Of a stretch of DNA of 64,000 nucleotides, positions 1-9,161 are shown in pieces. Every line of letters begins with the position of its first letter. The stretch's first letter is position 1. Both the position numbers and the translations under genes were made by a program. This DNA comes from a virus: the IMG/VR virus record IMGVR_UViG_3300017728_002360; one strand, written 5' to 3'. A model generated the notes under the pieces. The model ran no database searches. It was not told the origin of the DNA and worked only from the letters and a program-made list of their open reading frames with translations.

Positions 1-1277
1 ACAATAGGTTTGGTTATAAGAACAAAGGCAATAACAAAGCCAACGAAGCTAGTGAACAAGAGATATCAAGTGCTAGTGAAATATACGTTGACATGGACGG
101 TGTCCTTGTAGACTTCTTTGATGCCTGGACAAAACTATTAGGTGTAAACGATTGGAAAGAAATAAAAGATGTTCCAGCCGCATTACAAAAGATTAGAGAT
201 ACAAAAGACTTTTGGATAGATTTAAAACCTACTTCAAACTCACAAAACTTATTAAACATCATTAAAGATCTAAAAGGAGAGTACACAATATTAAGTGCTC
301 CTATGTCTGATGATGAAAGAGTAGAACCTAGTAAACGTGAATGGGTAAAGAAACATTTAACACAGTTTCCTCCCAAAGAAGTTATTATTAGTGCAAACAA
401 AAGTCAATACGCAACACAATCAGACGGAACTCCTAACATACTAATTGACGACTTTGGTCAAAACGTTAGTAAGTGGGAAGCTTCAGGTGGTGTAGGATTT
501 AAACACAAAGATCATAAGTTCGAAAGAACTGCAAATAATTTAAAACAGTATTTTGAAAAACCTGTTGAGGAAAGAGAATTGAGTAAGGGCGAAGAAAAAG
601 ATAAAGAACGTTTCGTAAAAGGCATGAAGAAGAATTCAAAGGACTTTAAGAAACGTTATGGTAAAGATGCTGATGCGGTTATGTATGCAACAGCAACAAA
701 GATGGCTAAAGAAGGCGATCTTATTCCTTTACCAAAGAACAGCTTTTCAATAGATTCAGATGCTACAGATTACGACTTTATGAAACTAGGACGTAACATG
801 GCCAACATAGCAACAACAAATAAAGATGATGCTAACATGGGTGATCAAGATATTATGTTAAACTTCTTTGGTGGAGATGTAGAAGCTAAACACATGATCA
901 AGAACCTAAAACGTTTAGGTTACAAAGTTGGTGATGTAGCTGGCTATCAAGATCATAACTTTGATCCTGAGCCTACAGATGGAGAAGCACCACCACAGGT
1001 TAAAAGCAAAGATGTACCACAGTTTATATCACACAAGGGCAAGGTGCCATTAGACAAGCTAAAGCCCGTACAACGTGACCGTAGCTGGGCTAAACTAGGT
1101 AAAGCATTACAACGTACAGGCGATAGGAAATACTCTCCTATACTAGTTGATAGAGATGGTTATATTGTAAATGGACATCATAGATACGATTCACTACGTT
1201 TACGTGGGCAAAAAGAAGCTAGAATACACATGATCAATGGAAGTTTAAAAGAGATCATGCAACTAATGAAAAGATAA
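1..1277 (+). CDS. Multidomain protein, 5'-truncated by the window: HAD-type 5'(3')-deoxyribonucleotidase (NT5C-like) domain plus C-terminal ParB/Srx-like domain
   Basis: The frame is open from nt 3 (NRFGYKNK...EIYVDMDGVLVDF), so M93 is not the start. It has the DxDGVL HAD motif, ILSAP, K..W and ILIDD motifs. The C-terminus VPLDKLKPVQ...PILVDRDGYIVNGHHRY is ParB-like. Confidence 0.75.
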   Translation, partial: NRFGYKNKGNNKANEASEQEISSASEIYVDMDGVLVDFFDAWTKLLGVNDWKEIKDVPAALQKIRDTKDFWIDLKPTSNSQNLLNIIKDLKGEYTILSAPMSDDERVEPSKREWVKKHLTQFPPKEVIISANKSQYATQSDGTPNILIDDFGQNVSKWEASGGVGFKHKDHKFERTANNLKQYFEKPVEERELSKGEEKDKERFVKGMKKNSKDFKKRYGKDADAVMYATATKMAKEGDLIPLPKNSFSIDSDATDYDFMKLGRNMANIATTNKDDANMGDQDIMLNFFGGDVEAKHMIKNLKRLGYKVGDVAGYQDHNFDPEPTDGEAPPQVKSKDVPQFISHKGKVPLDKLKPVQRDRSWAKLGKALQRTGDRKYSPILVDRDGYIVNGHHRYDSLRLRGQKEARIHMINGSLKEIMQLMKR

Positions 1278-1280
1278 ATA
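1273..1280 (+). promoter_or_regulatory. T4-type late promoter (GATAAATA), 5 nt upstream of ATG
   Basis: Resembles T4 late consensus TATAAATA; followed by TTACT then ATG at 1286, with no Shine-Dalgarno. Confidence 0.6.
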
Positions 1281-1285
1281 TTACT

Positions 1286-2524
1286 ATGCGTTTAAGAGAA
1301 GTTAAAAAACCTAAAGCTAACAAGCCAAGAGATCCTAATGCAAAGGCTATGCAAGACCTACGTAAAAGTGGGGCCGCAGGAAGCCATGGTGACAAAACTA
1401 AAGATATTCCACGCAACGATAAGCACAAAGGAAAAGCATACGATGTAAACGAGGCTCCTGGAACACCTCCTGCTCAAGGACAACAACCAGCACAACCGGA
1501 TCCAAAAGCACAACAAAAAGTTGCACAAAGAGCCACAGCACTAAAAGGTGTTGCTGGTGGAAATGCAAGTGGTTCAATGGTAGCTAAAGGATTAGATAAA
1601 GTAGCACAGGGCGGTACATTACCACCTAACATAGTTAAAGCTATTGCTCCTTACGCCACAGCTATACAGAACATGATGCAAGACCCACAGTTGTTTGGTA
1701 AGTTTAAATTGCTTATGAAACAAGCACAACCGGCTCCAGCAGAAGCAATGGAAACTGCTACAGCAGGTTCAACTAGTGCCGGTAACATAGCAACAGTGGC
1801 TAATCCACACATAGCAAACAGTAAGAAGAAGCCTAAGACACAGAAACCAGGAGATAACGCACTAGATAACAAGAGTCACGGATTATTTGGTCAACCCTTA
1901 AAAAGGCTAAATAATAGTAAGGAACTTAACATGAACAGTAAAGACTTAATTAAAGAAAATTTAGCCGACGAGGCTTCTAAAGTAGAGCAAGATCATGAAG
2001 TACAAATGGCGAGAGCACAACTGTACAAGATTGCAAAGTACTCTATTAAGTTACATGAAATGCTTAAGAACGTTTCAGAACAAGAAGGCTTAGAAGGTTG
2101 GGTACAATCTAAGATTACTAAAGCATCAGACTACATTGGTGCAGTATATCATAACATGGACTACGAACAAAAGTTCGAAGAAGTTAGTGAAAGCCTTACA
2201 GAAAAAGAAGGTTATTGTTCAGATAAATGCTGTGGTGCAGATGTAAAAGAAGCAGACTGTACGTGCAAGGCAAGTTGTAGTCATTGTGATTGCAACGAAA
2301 GTGTAAAAGAAACAGTAACAAAAGAAGTAAGTTACAAAGAGTCTTTAGCAGGTAAATTAGCAGAAGCTATTTCAAAATGTCCAGATTGCGGCAACCCAAG
2401 TTACACAACACTTGATGAAGAAAAACAAAAAGGTGTTGATGGCAAGGTATGCTGGAAGGGTTACAAACGTATGGGCACAAAGAAAAAGGGCGGTAAGACT
2501 GTTGATAACTGCGTAAAGATGTAA
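1286..2524 (+). CDS. Modular, probably head-associated hypothetical protein with Cys-rich segments and a terminal CWKGY...NCVK module
   Basis: 412-aa ORF after a late promoter. Low-complexity K/A/P/Q segments, CSDKCCG...CTCKASCSHCDC, CPDCG, CWKGYKRMGTKKKGGKTVDNCVK. Possible internal start at 1931. Confidence 0.6.
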   Translation: MRLREVKKPKANKPRDPNAKAMQDLRKSGAAGSHGDKTKDIPRNDKHKGKAYDVNEAPGTPPAQGQQPAQPDPKAQQKVAQRATALKGVAGGNASGSMVAKGLDKVAQGGTLPPNIVKAIAPYATAIQNMMQDPQLFGKFKLLMKQAQPAPAEAMETATAGSTSAGNIATVANPHIANSKKKPKTQKPGDNALDNKSHGLFGQPLKRLNNSKELNMNSKDLIKENLADEASKVEQDHEVQMARAQLYKIAKYSIKLHEMLKNVSEQEGLEGWVQSKITKASDYIGAVYHNMDYEQKFEEVSESLTEKEGYCSDKCCGADVKEADCTCKASCSHCDCNESVKETVTKEVSYKESLAGKLAEAISKCPDCGNPSYTTLDEEKQKGVDGKVCWKGYKRMGTKKKGGKTVDNCVKM

Positions 2525-3024
2525 TGAAAATAAAACACCTCACAAACGAAACATTCAAATTCAACGAAAATCCATTAGGAACTGCCTTTAAAAAAGCTAA
2601 GGCAGGTGCAGAATACTTTACTGGTGACGATGGTGCAATATCTAACTTTGCCAAGAAGGCAAGTAAAAAGTATGGTGGTGCTCATGGTAACAAAGAGCCT
2701 ATCAAACCAGGCTTTGGATCAGCATTACGTAAAGGACTAGGACTTGGACCAGACGACGGCAAGGGTAGTAAAACTGCAAAAGCACCTAAAACAAATACAA
2801 AAGCATCGGCTCCAAGTGTAGAGCCTAAGGTTGTTGCAAAAGGAGATCCTGTCAGAGACGTAGGTGATCTTCCAAGCGGTAGTGCATACCAAGATGGAAA
2901 GTCTACTTGGACATATACAGGTACTGAGTGGACAGATGGAAAGAACAAGCTAGACGCAAATACTGGCTGGAGAAAATTCCAAAAGGCCATTCAAAAAGGC
3001 CAGGCTTTCGTAGCTAAAAAATAA
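2524..3024 (+). CDS. Hypothetical basic protein, possibly virion-internal
   Basis: 166-aa ORF coupled by TAATG overlap; N-terminus MKIKHLTNE; K/G/A-rich. Confidence 0.6.
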   Translation: MKIKHLTNETFKFNENPLGTAFKKAKAGAEYFTGDDGAISNFAKKASKKYGGAHGNKEPIKPGFGSALRKGLGLGPDDGKGSKTAKAPKTNTKASAPSVEPKVVAKGDPVRDVGDLPSGSAYQDGKSTWTYTGTEWTDGKNKLDANTGWRKFQKAIQKGQAFVAKK

Positions 3025-3030
3025 ACTTCC

Positions 3031-3038
3031 GATAAATA
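3031..3038 (+). promoter_or_regulatory. T4-type late promoter (GATAAATA)
   Basis: Intergenic; upstream of GAGGAG RBS and ATG 3066. Confidence 0.55.
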
Positions 3039-3065
3039 CTTTAAATTAACACAACGAGGAGTTCT

Positions 3066-3728
3066 ATGGCTTTCTTGGTCCATAACATACCACCCGTCGA
3101 AGTATTCGTTAAAAAGGAATACTTATATGATCTGCAAAAGGGTCACGGAGAGTTTACTCCTGGTATATGGATTTCAATCAGAAGTATAATGGGCAAGGCG
3201 TTGTATGTGGAAACACTACTAACAGAGTATGGTGCTCTATATGATAAACTTCCTTTATCAGCATTTGTCTGGAAAACAGACATTAATCCAGAAGACCAAT
3301 TACCACTAGATACATTACAGATATGGGATTGCTTTGATTATGATATTACAGTAATCAAAAAACCTATGTTAGCAGATTGTGAGTTCTTTGGTAAGGATAA
3401 GAATATGCACAAGGGCGAATATATGTTTACACTTGATACGTGTCATTCACAACATTCAACTCTTAATGTTAATTTTTCAGAACACGATCCAGAACACAAA
3501 TCATTTAATTTTATTAAAATGAACAATGGTCAGTTTGCCGCACAACCAAACAATAGAACAATATTCACAGACCAAAGTCTTGTTGTTGGCGATCGTAAAA
3601 TACCAGACTTCAAAGTATGTACACAAAATTACACAGTAGAAAATAATCCAAAGTGGTCCGTCGGACATACTGACGAGTGGCAATATAAATCAAAGGACGA
3701 GGAAGAGATTGGATCCAGTAACACGTAA
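3066..3728 (+). CDS. Conserved T4-like phage hypothetical protein
   Basis: 220 aa with strong RBS; LYDKLP, WDCF, EHK, GQFAAQPNNR motifs recalled from marine myovirus hypotheticals. Confidence 0.7.
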   Translation: MAFLVHNIPPVEVFVKKEYLYDLQKGHGEFTPGIWISIRSIMGKALYVETLLTEYGALYDKLPLSAFVWKTDINPEDQLPLDTLQIWDCFDYDITVIKKPMLADCEFFGKDKNMHKGEYMFTLDTCHSQHSTLNVNFSEHDPEHKSFNFIKMNNGQFAAQPNNRTIFTDQSLVVGDRKIPDFKVCTQNYTVENNPKWSVGHTDEWQYKSKDEEEIGSSNT

Positions 3729-3906
3729 AGATGCTTACCGAGTTTTTTGGATAGTAAAAGGTCATTTTAATACAACGGAAGAATGTATCTTAAGTTGTTA
3801 CGATAGTTATTTCAAACGAGTTTGGTATAACGAAGAATCATATATATACCTAGAAGGTTTTGAAGAGGCATACAAAGCCACCTTAAATACTACCAAAATA
3901 AAATAA
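3709..3906 (+). CDS. Hypothetical protein
   Basis: 65-aa ORF, TTG start after GAGG, fills the gap between genes. Confidence 0.5.
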   Translation: MDPVTRKDAYRVFWIVKGHFNTTEECILSCYDSYFKRVWYNEESYIYLEGFEEAYKATLNTTKIK

Positions 3907-3920
3907 GATTAAATAGATGT

Positions 3921-4466
3921 ATGTTGACACCCAACGTACAGAATTTACAATTTAATGAACCGGCAGATGTTTTCACAATGATTTATTCAGAGGCTGAAAG
4001 CATCAAACCAATTCTTACGGAAAAGATCAAAGCACAAGGAGATCAGCAATATAGAAAAACTAATGTCCAGGCAGACATGACTAAATGGACAATGTTTCAA
4101 GATGCTGATTTTAAAAAAATTATTGACTTTGCTATTGATGTTATCAAGGGTGGATTAGTAAGTATTCCTAATGGAGAGTTCTATGCAACTGACTGTTGGG
4201 GTGCTTGTTATAAGAAAGGTGATAGCTGTCGACCACACGCACATCACCCGGCCATTTGGAGTTTCGTTTACTACGTAGACGCTGAACCAGATGATTCACC
4301 ACTAGTGTTTCCAACTAGTCAGAATGCAATATATCCAAATTCAGGATTAATGATTGTATTTCCAGGTTGGGTAACGCATAGTGTTCCGCCACAAGAAAAA
4401 GATAAAGAAAGAATTGTCATTGCCGGCAATATTTCAGTTGACAGACCACAGGCAATTAGTGTATAA
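3921..4466 (+). CDS. 2OG-Fe(II) oxygenase-like protein (TIGR02466-type)
   Basis: HxH (PHAH), WSFVYY, G..IVFPGWVTH.V, RIVIAGN; preceded by TAAATA-N5-ATG. Confidence 0.75.
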   Translation: MLTPNVQNLQFNEPADVFTMIYSEAESIKPILTEKIKAQGDQQYRKTNVQADMTKWTMFQDADFKKIIDFAIDVIKGGLVSIPNGEFYATDCWGACYKKGDSCRPHAHHPAIWSFVYYVDAEPDDSPLVFPTSQNAIYPNSGLMIVFPGWVTHSVPPQEKDKERIVIAGNISVDRPQAISV

Positions 4467-4467
4467 T
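4438..4467 (+). promoter_or_regulatory. Sigma70-type early promoter
   Basis: TTGACA-18 nt-TATAAT upstream of AGGAG and ATG 4492. Confidence 0.6.
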
Positions 4468-4491
4468 ATACAATTAAATTAGGAGAATATA

Positions 4492-4752
4492 ATGAGTGAT
4501 AGAGTATATGGACAGGACGAAAAGCAAAAGCTAGAACGTCTTGTAAATGAAGGTGCTCAAGTAATGCAAGAAGTTGAAGATCTTAATGCAGGACTTAAAG
4601 ATACTGTAAAAGCAGTAGCAGAAGAACTTGACATCAAGCCTTCATTAATTAACAAAGCAATCAAAGTAGCACACAAAGGTGATTGGTCACAAGTTGCAGA
4701 TGCATTTGACGATCTAGAAACTTTGGTAGTTACAGTAGGCAAAGACAAGTAG
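4492..4752 (+). CDS. Small dsDNA-binding protein (T4 DsbA/GapR-like)
   Basis: 86-aa helical protein, LKDTVKAVAEELDIKPSLINKAIKVAHK pattern; upstream of the DNA polymerase. Confidence 0.6.
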   Translation: MSDRVYGQDEKQKLERLVNEGAQVMQEVEDLNAGLKDTVKAVAEELDIKPSLINKAIKVAHKGDWSQVADAFDDLETLVVTVGKDK

Positions 4753-5024
4753 TGGGTATTAGGGGCTTTTTTAAACAGAGTTACGATACTCACCCAACAG
4801 CATTTTATCTAGAAATGGTAAGTGCTATTACAGTTATTATAGGTAGCGGTATTCTTACCTATACGGTTCTTGCACCAAGACCAGATATATTCATTCCATT
4901 TTATTGGATAGGAAGTATAGCAGGATTCTTTGGAGCATACTATAGAAGTTCAGCATGGGTTATGATCTTAACCGCATGGTTTACTACTATGAATACCATA
5001 GCACTTTGGAGAATGTTTATATGA
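4752..5024 (+). CDS. Small membrane protein
   Basis: 90 aa, about three hydrophobic segments. Confidence 0.6.
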   Translation: MGIRGFFKQSYDTHPTAFYLEMVSAITVIIGSGILTYTVLAPRPDIFIPFYWIGSIAGFFGAYYRSSAWVMILTAWFTTMNTIALWRMFI

Positions 5025-5332
5025 TCTTTATGGTTGACATCGACGGAACTTTATGTTATACTGAAGGTAGTAATTATGAGGAAAGTCGACCAATTCAAGA
5101 ACGTATTGATCACTTTAATAAATTGTATGACGAAGGTAACGAGATACATTATTGGACAGCCAGAGGTGCTAGATCAGGCAAAGATTGGACAGACTTTACA
5201 AAACAACAATTATTCAGTTGGGGTGTTAAAGCTACCAGCATTAAAACAGGCAAACCACATTACGATAAATGGATAGACGACAAGGCAATAAATGACAAAG
5301 AATACTTTAGAAACAAAAGATATACAGGCTAA
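5021..5332 (+). CDS. Minimal HAD phosphatase (EcbF/BcbF-like)
   Basis: Likely start is ATG 5021 (ATGA overlap); MVDIDGTL, WTARG, GKP, IDDKA motifs. Confidence 0.75.
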   Translation: MIFMVDIDGTLCYTEGSNYEESRPIQERIDHFNKLYDEGNEIHYWTARGARSGKDWTDFTKQQLFSWGVKATSIKTGKPHYDKWIDDKAINDKEYFRNKRYTG

Positions 5333-5552
5333 ACCATATCAGCCGTTGGCATGGTTTTTTACTGCAACCTTAATAGGGGCCGCAACATTGGCCGCGTTTA
5401 ATATGTACCCTTGGTATAGTTATGCGTTTACATTTTCAAATTTAGGTTGGGTAGCAATAGGCATACTATGGAAAGAAAAGTCCTTGATTGTTTTAAATGC
5501 AGGACTTACAATAATATATATAATCGGTCTAATCAGTGATTGGATCAACTAG
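5292..5552 (+). CDS. Small membrane protein
   Basis: 86 aa, three hydrophobic helices, W...GILWKEKSLIVLN. Confidence 0.6.
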   Translation: MTKNTLETKDIQAKPYQPLAWFFTATLIGAATLAAFNMYPWYSYAFTFSNLGWVAIGILWKEKSLIVLNAGLTIIYIIGLISDWIN

Positions 5553-5560
5553 AAGGTATA

Positions 5561-5615
5561 GTCGGCCACAAGCGACAGTTTGGTATTTGTCAGCCTTAAA
5601 TGACATACAAAGGAG
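5561..5615 (+). promoter_or_regulatory. Twin-hairpin leader, candidate translational operator of the DNA polymerase gene
   Basis: GTCG-GCCACAAG-CGAC (5561-5576) and TGTCA-GCCTTAAA-TGACA (5588-5605) directly before AGGAG (5611-5615). Confidence 0.5.
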
Positions 5616-5620
5616 AATAA

Positions 5621-8302
5621 ATGAGCTACGTAGATGCACAATTCGATCGTGACCAAGACGTTATAAGAGTAGTAGAACGTAAAGAAGGTAAACGACATTT
5701 CACAGAATATCCTGTAAAGTACACTTTCTATTATAAAGATCAAAGAGGAAAGTATAAAAGTATTTACGGTGATCCCCTAAATAGAATAGTAGCTAGAAAT
5801 ACAAAGCAGTTTAGAAAAGAACTTGCTATAAATCAAAACAAAGAATTATTTGAGAGTGATGTCAATCCAATATTCCAATGCTTGAGTGAGCAATACTTAA
5901 ATGTAGATGCTCCTAAACTAAACGTTTGCTTTTTTGATATTGAGACTGACTTTGATCCAGAAAGAGGATTTGCTGATCCAAGCGATCCGTTTATGCCAAT
6001 AACTGCAATCACAGTACACTTACAATGGCTAGATAGTCTTGTAACATTTGCACTTCCTCCTAAGACACTTACAATGGAAGAAGCAAAAGAACAATGCAAA
6101 GAATTCCCTAATACATACTTGTATGAAAAAGAAGGTGATATGCTTGAAGCATTTCTTGATATCATACAAGACGCAGACATACTAACTGGTTGGAACAGTG
6201 AAGGTTATGATATTCCTTATACTGTAAACAGAGTGAAACGTGTATTGAGCAAAGATGACACAAGACGTTTTTGTTTATGGAAACAACTTCCTAAGAAACG
6301 TGAGTATGAGAAGTATGGTAAGAAGGCTGAAACCTATGACCTAATAGGTAGAGTGCATTTAGATAGTTTAGAATTATATCGTAAATACACATATGAAGAA
6401 CGACACACATATAGACTTGACGCTATTGGCGAACTTGAGATCGGTGAAAACAAAACTGTTTACGAAGGTACACTCGATCAACTTTATAACAATGACTTCA
6501 AGACATTCATTGAGTACAACAGACAAGACGTTGCACTACTGGACAAGCTGGACAAAAAACTAAGGTTTATTGATCTTAGTAATGAACTAGCTCATGCAAA
6601 TACTGTTTTGCTACAGACCACAATGGGTGCAGTAGCAGTTACAGAACAAGCAATTATTAATGAAGCACATCACAGAGGACTACAGGTTCCTAACAGGCCT
6701 AAACGTGACGAAGAAAATACTGCGGCGGCAGGTGCCTATGTTGCATTTCCTAAAAAAGGTTTACACAAATGGATAGGTTCAATGGACTTGAACAGTCTAT
6801 ATCCTAGTGTTATTCGTGCATTGAATATGGATCCTGCAACTATTGTAGGACAACTACGTCCTGAACATACAGAAGCATTCGTGCAAGATCAAATGACATT
6901 ACAGAAGAAGTCGTTTGCAGGTGCATGGGAAGGTAAGTTCGGTACACTAGAGTATGAAGCAGTTATGGAGAAAAGAAAAGACTTCAACATAACAGTAGAC
7001 TTTGAGAACGGCGATAGCGAGATGTTAAGTGCCGCGGAAGTTAACAAACTAATATTTGACAGCAACCAACCATGGATGCTAACTGCTAACGGTACTATAC
7101 TAACTAACGAACACGATGGTGTTATTCCAGGCTTGTTAAAACGTTGGTATAGCGAACGTAAAGAGCTTCAAGCTATGAAAGGAAAAGCCATTGACGCAGG
7201 TAATAAAACAGAAATTGCGTTTTGGGATAAACGTCAGCTTGTTAAAAAAATTAATCTTAACAGTTTATACGGTGCTATTCTTAACCCTGGTTGCAGGTTT
7301 TTTGATAAACGCATTGGCCAAAGTACTACACTTACTGGTCGTGCTATCGCAAAACACATGAGTGCAGAAGTTAATAAAGTTATTACAGGCACATATGATC
7401 ACGTAGGAGATAGTATTATATATGGTGATACTGACTCTGTGTACTTTAGTGCATTTCCAATACTAAAGAAAGAGATTGAAGCAGGACAGATTCCTTGGAC
7501 AAAAGATAGTGTTATTAAACTTTATGATCAAGTATGTGAAGAAGCAAACAAAACATTTCCTAAATTTATGATGGATGCTTTTCATTGTCCTAAGAGCAGA
7601 TCAGATGTTATTGCGGCAGGTAGAGAGATTGTTGCAGAAAGCGGATTGTATATTACAAAGAAACGTTATGCGGCTTTGATATATGACAACGAAGGACAAC
7701 GTATGGACGTGGAAGGTAAAGATGGTAAGGTTAAAGCTATGGGCTTAGATCTTAAACGTTCTGATACTCCTGTGTTTATGCAAGACTTTCTAAGCGAACT
7801 ACTAATGATGGTGTTACAAGAAACTCCTGAAAAAGAGATACTAGATCGTATTAGTGAATTTAGAACAGAATTTAAACTACGTCCTGGTTATGAAAAAGGT
7901 TCACCTAAACGTGCAAACAGGATTGGTGATTATCAACGTAAGGAACAACGTGAAGGTAAAGCAAATATGCCTGGACACGTAAGAGCAAGTATCAATTGGA
8001 ATACACTTAAACGTATGAACAACGACAAGTATTCGCAAGAGATTGTAGATGGAATGAAAGTTATTGTATGTAAACTAAAACAAAATCCATTAGGCTATAC
8101 AAGTGTTGCTTATCCTACAGATGAACTACGTATTCCTGAATGGTTCAAAGAACTTCCATTTGATGGAGATGCTATGGAGTCAACTATTATTGACAACAAG
8201 CTAGATAATTTAATTGGTGTGCTTAATTATGATGTTGCAAGTACACTACAAAAAAATACATTTAATAACCTATTTGACTTTGGAGGTGCAGATGAAAGCT
8301 AA
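5621..8302 (+). CDS. gp43: Family B DNA polymerase (T4 gp43-like)
   Basis: Exo motifs FFDIET, GWNSEGYDIPY, YNRQD; polymerase motifs DLNSLYPS, KINLNSLYG, YGDTDS, KKRY. Confidence 0.97.
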   Translation: MSYVDAQFDRDQDVIRVVERKEGKRHFTEYPVKYTFYYKDQRGKYKSIYGDPLNRIVARNTKQFRKELAINQNKELFESDVNPIFQCLSEQYLNVDAPKLNVCFFDIETDFDPERGFADPSDPFMPITAITVHLQWLDSLVTFALPPKTLTMEEAKEQCKEFPNTYLYEKEGDMLEAFLDIIQDADILTGWNSEGYDIPYTVNRVKRVLSKDDTRRFCLWKQLPKKREYEKYGKKAETYDLIGRVHLDSLELYRKYTYEERHTYRLDAIGELEIGENKTVYEGTLDQLYNNDFKTFIEYNRQDVALLDKLDKKLRFIDLSNELAHANTVLLQTTMGAVAVTEQAIINEAHHRGLQVPNRPKRDEENTAAAGAYVAFPKKGLHKWIGSMDLNSLYPSVIRALNMDPATIVGQLRPEHTEAFVQDQMTLQKKSFAGAWEGKFGTLEYEAVMEKRKDFNITVDFENGDSEMLSAAEVNKLIFDSNQPWMLTANGTILTNEHDGVIPGLLKRWYSERKELQAMKGKAIDAGNKTEIAFWDKRQLVKKINLNSLYGAILNPGCRFFDKRIGQSTTLTGRAIAKHMSAEVNKVITGTYDHVGDSIIYGDTDSVYFSAFPILKKEIEAGQIPWTKDSVIKLYDQVCEEANKTFPKFMMDAFHCPKSRSDVIAAGREIVAESGLYITKKRYAALIYDNEGQRMDVEGKDGKVKAMGLDLKRSDTPVFMQDFLSELLMMVLQETPEKEILDRISEFRTEFKLRPGYEKGSPKRANRIGDYQRKEQREGKANMPGHVRASINWNTLKRMNNDKYSQEIVDGMKVIVCKLKQNPLGYTSVAYPTDELRIPEWFKELPFDGDAMESTIIDNKLDNLIGVLNYDVASTLQKNTFNNLFDFGGADES

Positions 8303-8420
8303 AAGAAATAGACTTGAAAGAAAGCTGGACGAGTACAATCATATAATGGAACTAGTAAGAACCATTGTGCCGATTGCAGTTTTAGTAATACAAGTAATCA
8401 TCTTAATGAAGTTGGTATAA
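8292..8420 (+). CDS. Small protein with C-terminal hydrophobic helix
   Basis: GGAGG RBS then ATG 8292; 42 aa. Confidence 0.5.
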   Translation: MKAKRNRLERKLDEYNHIMELVRTIVPIAVLVIQVIILMKLV

Positions 8421-8421
8421 T

Positions 8422-8964
8422 ATGGCTGTACATGGAATGATAGACTTAGAGACACTAGGCGTTGAGCCAGATAGTGTTATCATCACCGTAGGTGCTATTA
8501 AGTTTGATCCATACACCGACGTTGAGCCTCATAGTGGTTTATATTTACGTTGTGACATTGAAGAACAGTCTGAAGAACTAGGTAGAACAATAGACGATAA
8601 CACAATGGAATGGTGGACTAAACAACCACAAAACATTCAGGACGAAGCATTTGGAGAACATAAAGACAGAGTTGATATGGATCAACTTACAAAAGCTCTA
8701 AATAAGTTCTGTGTAGGTGTTGATCAATTATGGTGCCAAGGACCATTGTTTGATTATGCTATACTACAAAACTTGTATAAGAATGTTGGCAAACCTTGTC
8801 CGTGGAACTTCTGGCAGATTAGAGACAGTAGAACTGTGTTTAGTATGATGCCAAGTGATCCACGTAAAGCAATACAAGAAGAAATGCACAATGCACTTGC
8901 TGACTGTTACTACCAAGCAAAATGTATTCAATCAACCTTCAAACACTTTGGAGTTAAAAAATGA
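8422..8964 (+). CDS. DEDDh 3'-5' exonuclease (DexA/ExoVIII-like)
   Basis: MIDLETLG, W.QG..FD, RDSRT, HNALADCYYQ. Confidence 0.88.
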   Translation: MAVHGMIDLETLGVEPDSVIITVGAIKFDPYTDVEPHSGLYLRCDIEEQSEELGRTIDDNTMEWWTKQPQNIQDEAFGEHKDRVDMDQLTKALNKFCVGVDQLWCQGPLFDYAILQNLYKNVGKPCPWNFWQIRDSRTVFSMMPSDPRKAIQEEMHNALADCYYQAKCIQSTFKHFGVKK

Positions 8965-9161
8965 AGTACAAAGCAAAGAGTAATATACTAAAGAAAGGTA
9001 ACGATAGTATTTCCTTTAGTGTAAACAGACGTAAGAAAGTTGCACACATAGGTTATTATTATGAATACGATAAACACAAAGAAGATGTCATTTGTAGTCT
9101 ACCGGACGCAGATGATAGATATGAAAGTGCCATCAAGGCAGGATATAAGGTAGCATTTTGA
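8961..9161 (+). CDS. Hypothetical protein
   Basis: 66 aa with overlapping start and stop on both sides. Confidence 0.5.
   Translation: MKYKAKSNILKKGNDSISFSVNRRKKVAHIGYYYEYDKHKEDVICSLPDADDRYESAIKAGYKVAF

Noticed and set aside
5621-8302. Intein or intron in the DNA polymerase
   Set aside because: The ORF is continuous at 893 aa, with no splice-junction or LAGLIDADG motifs
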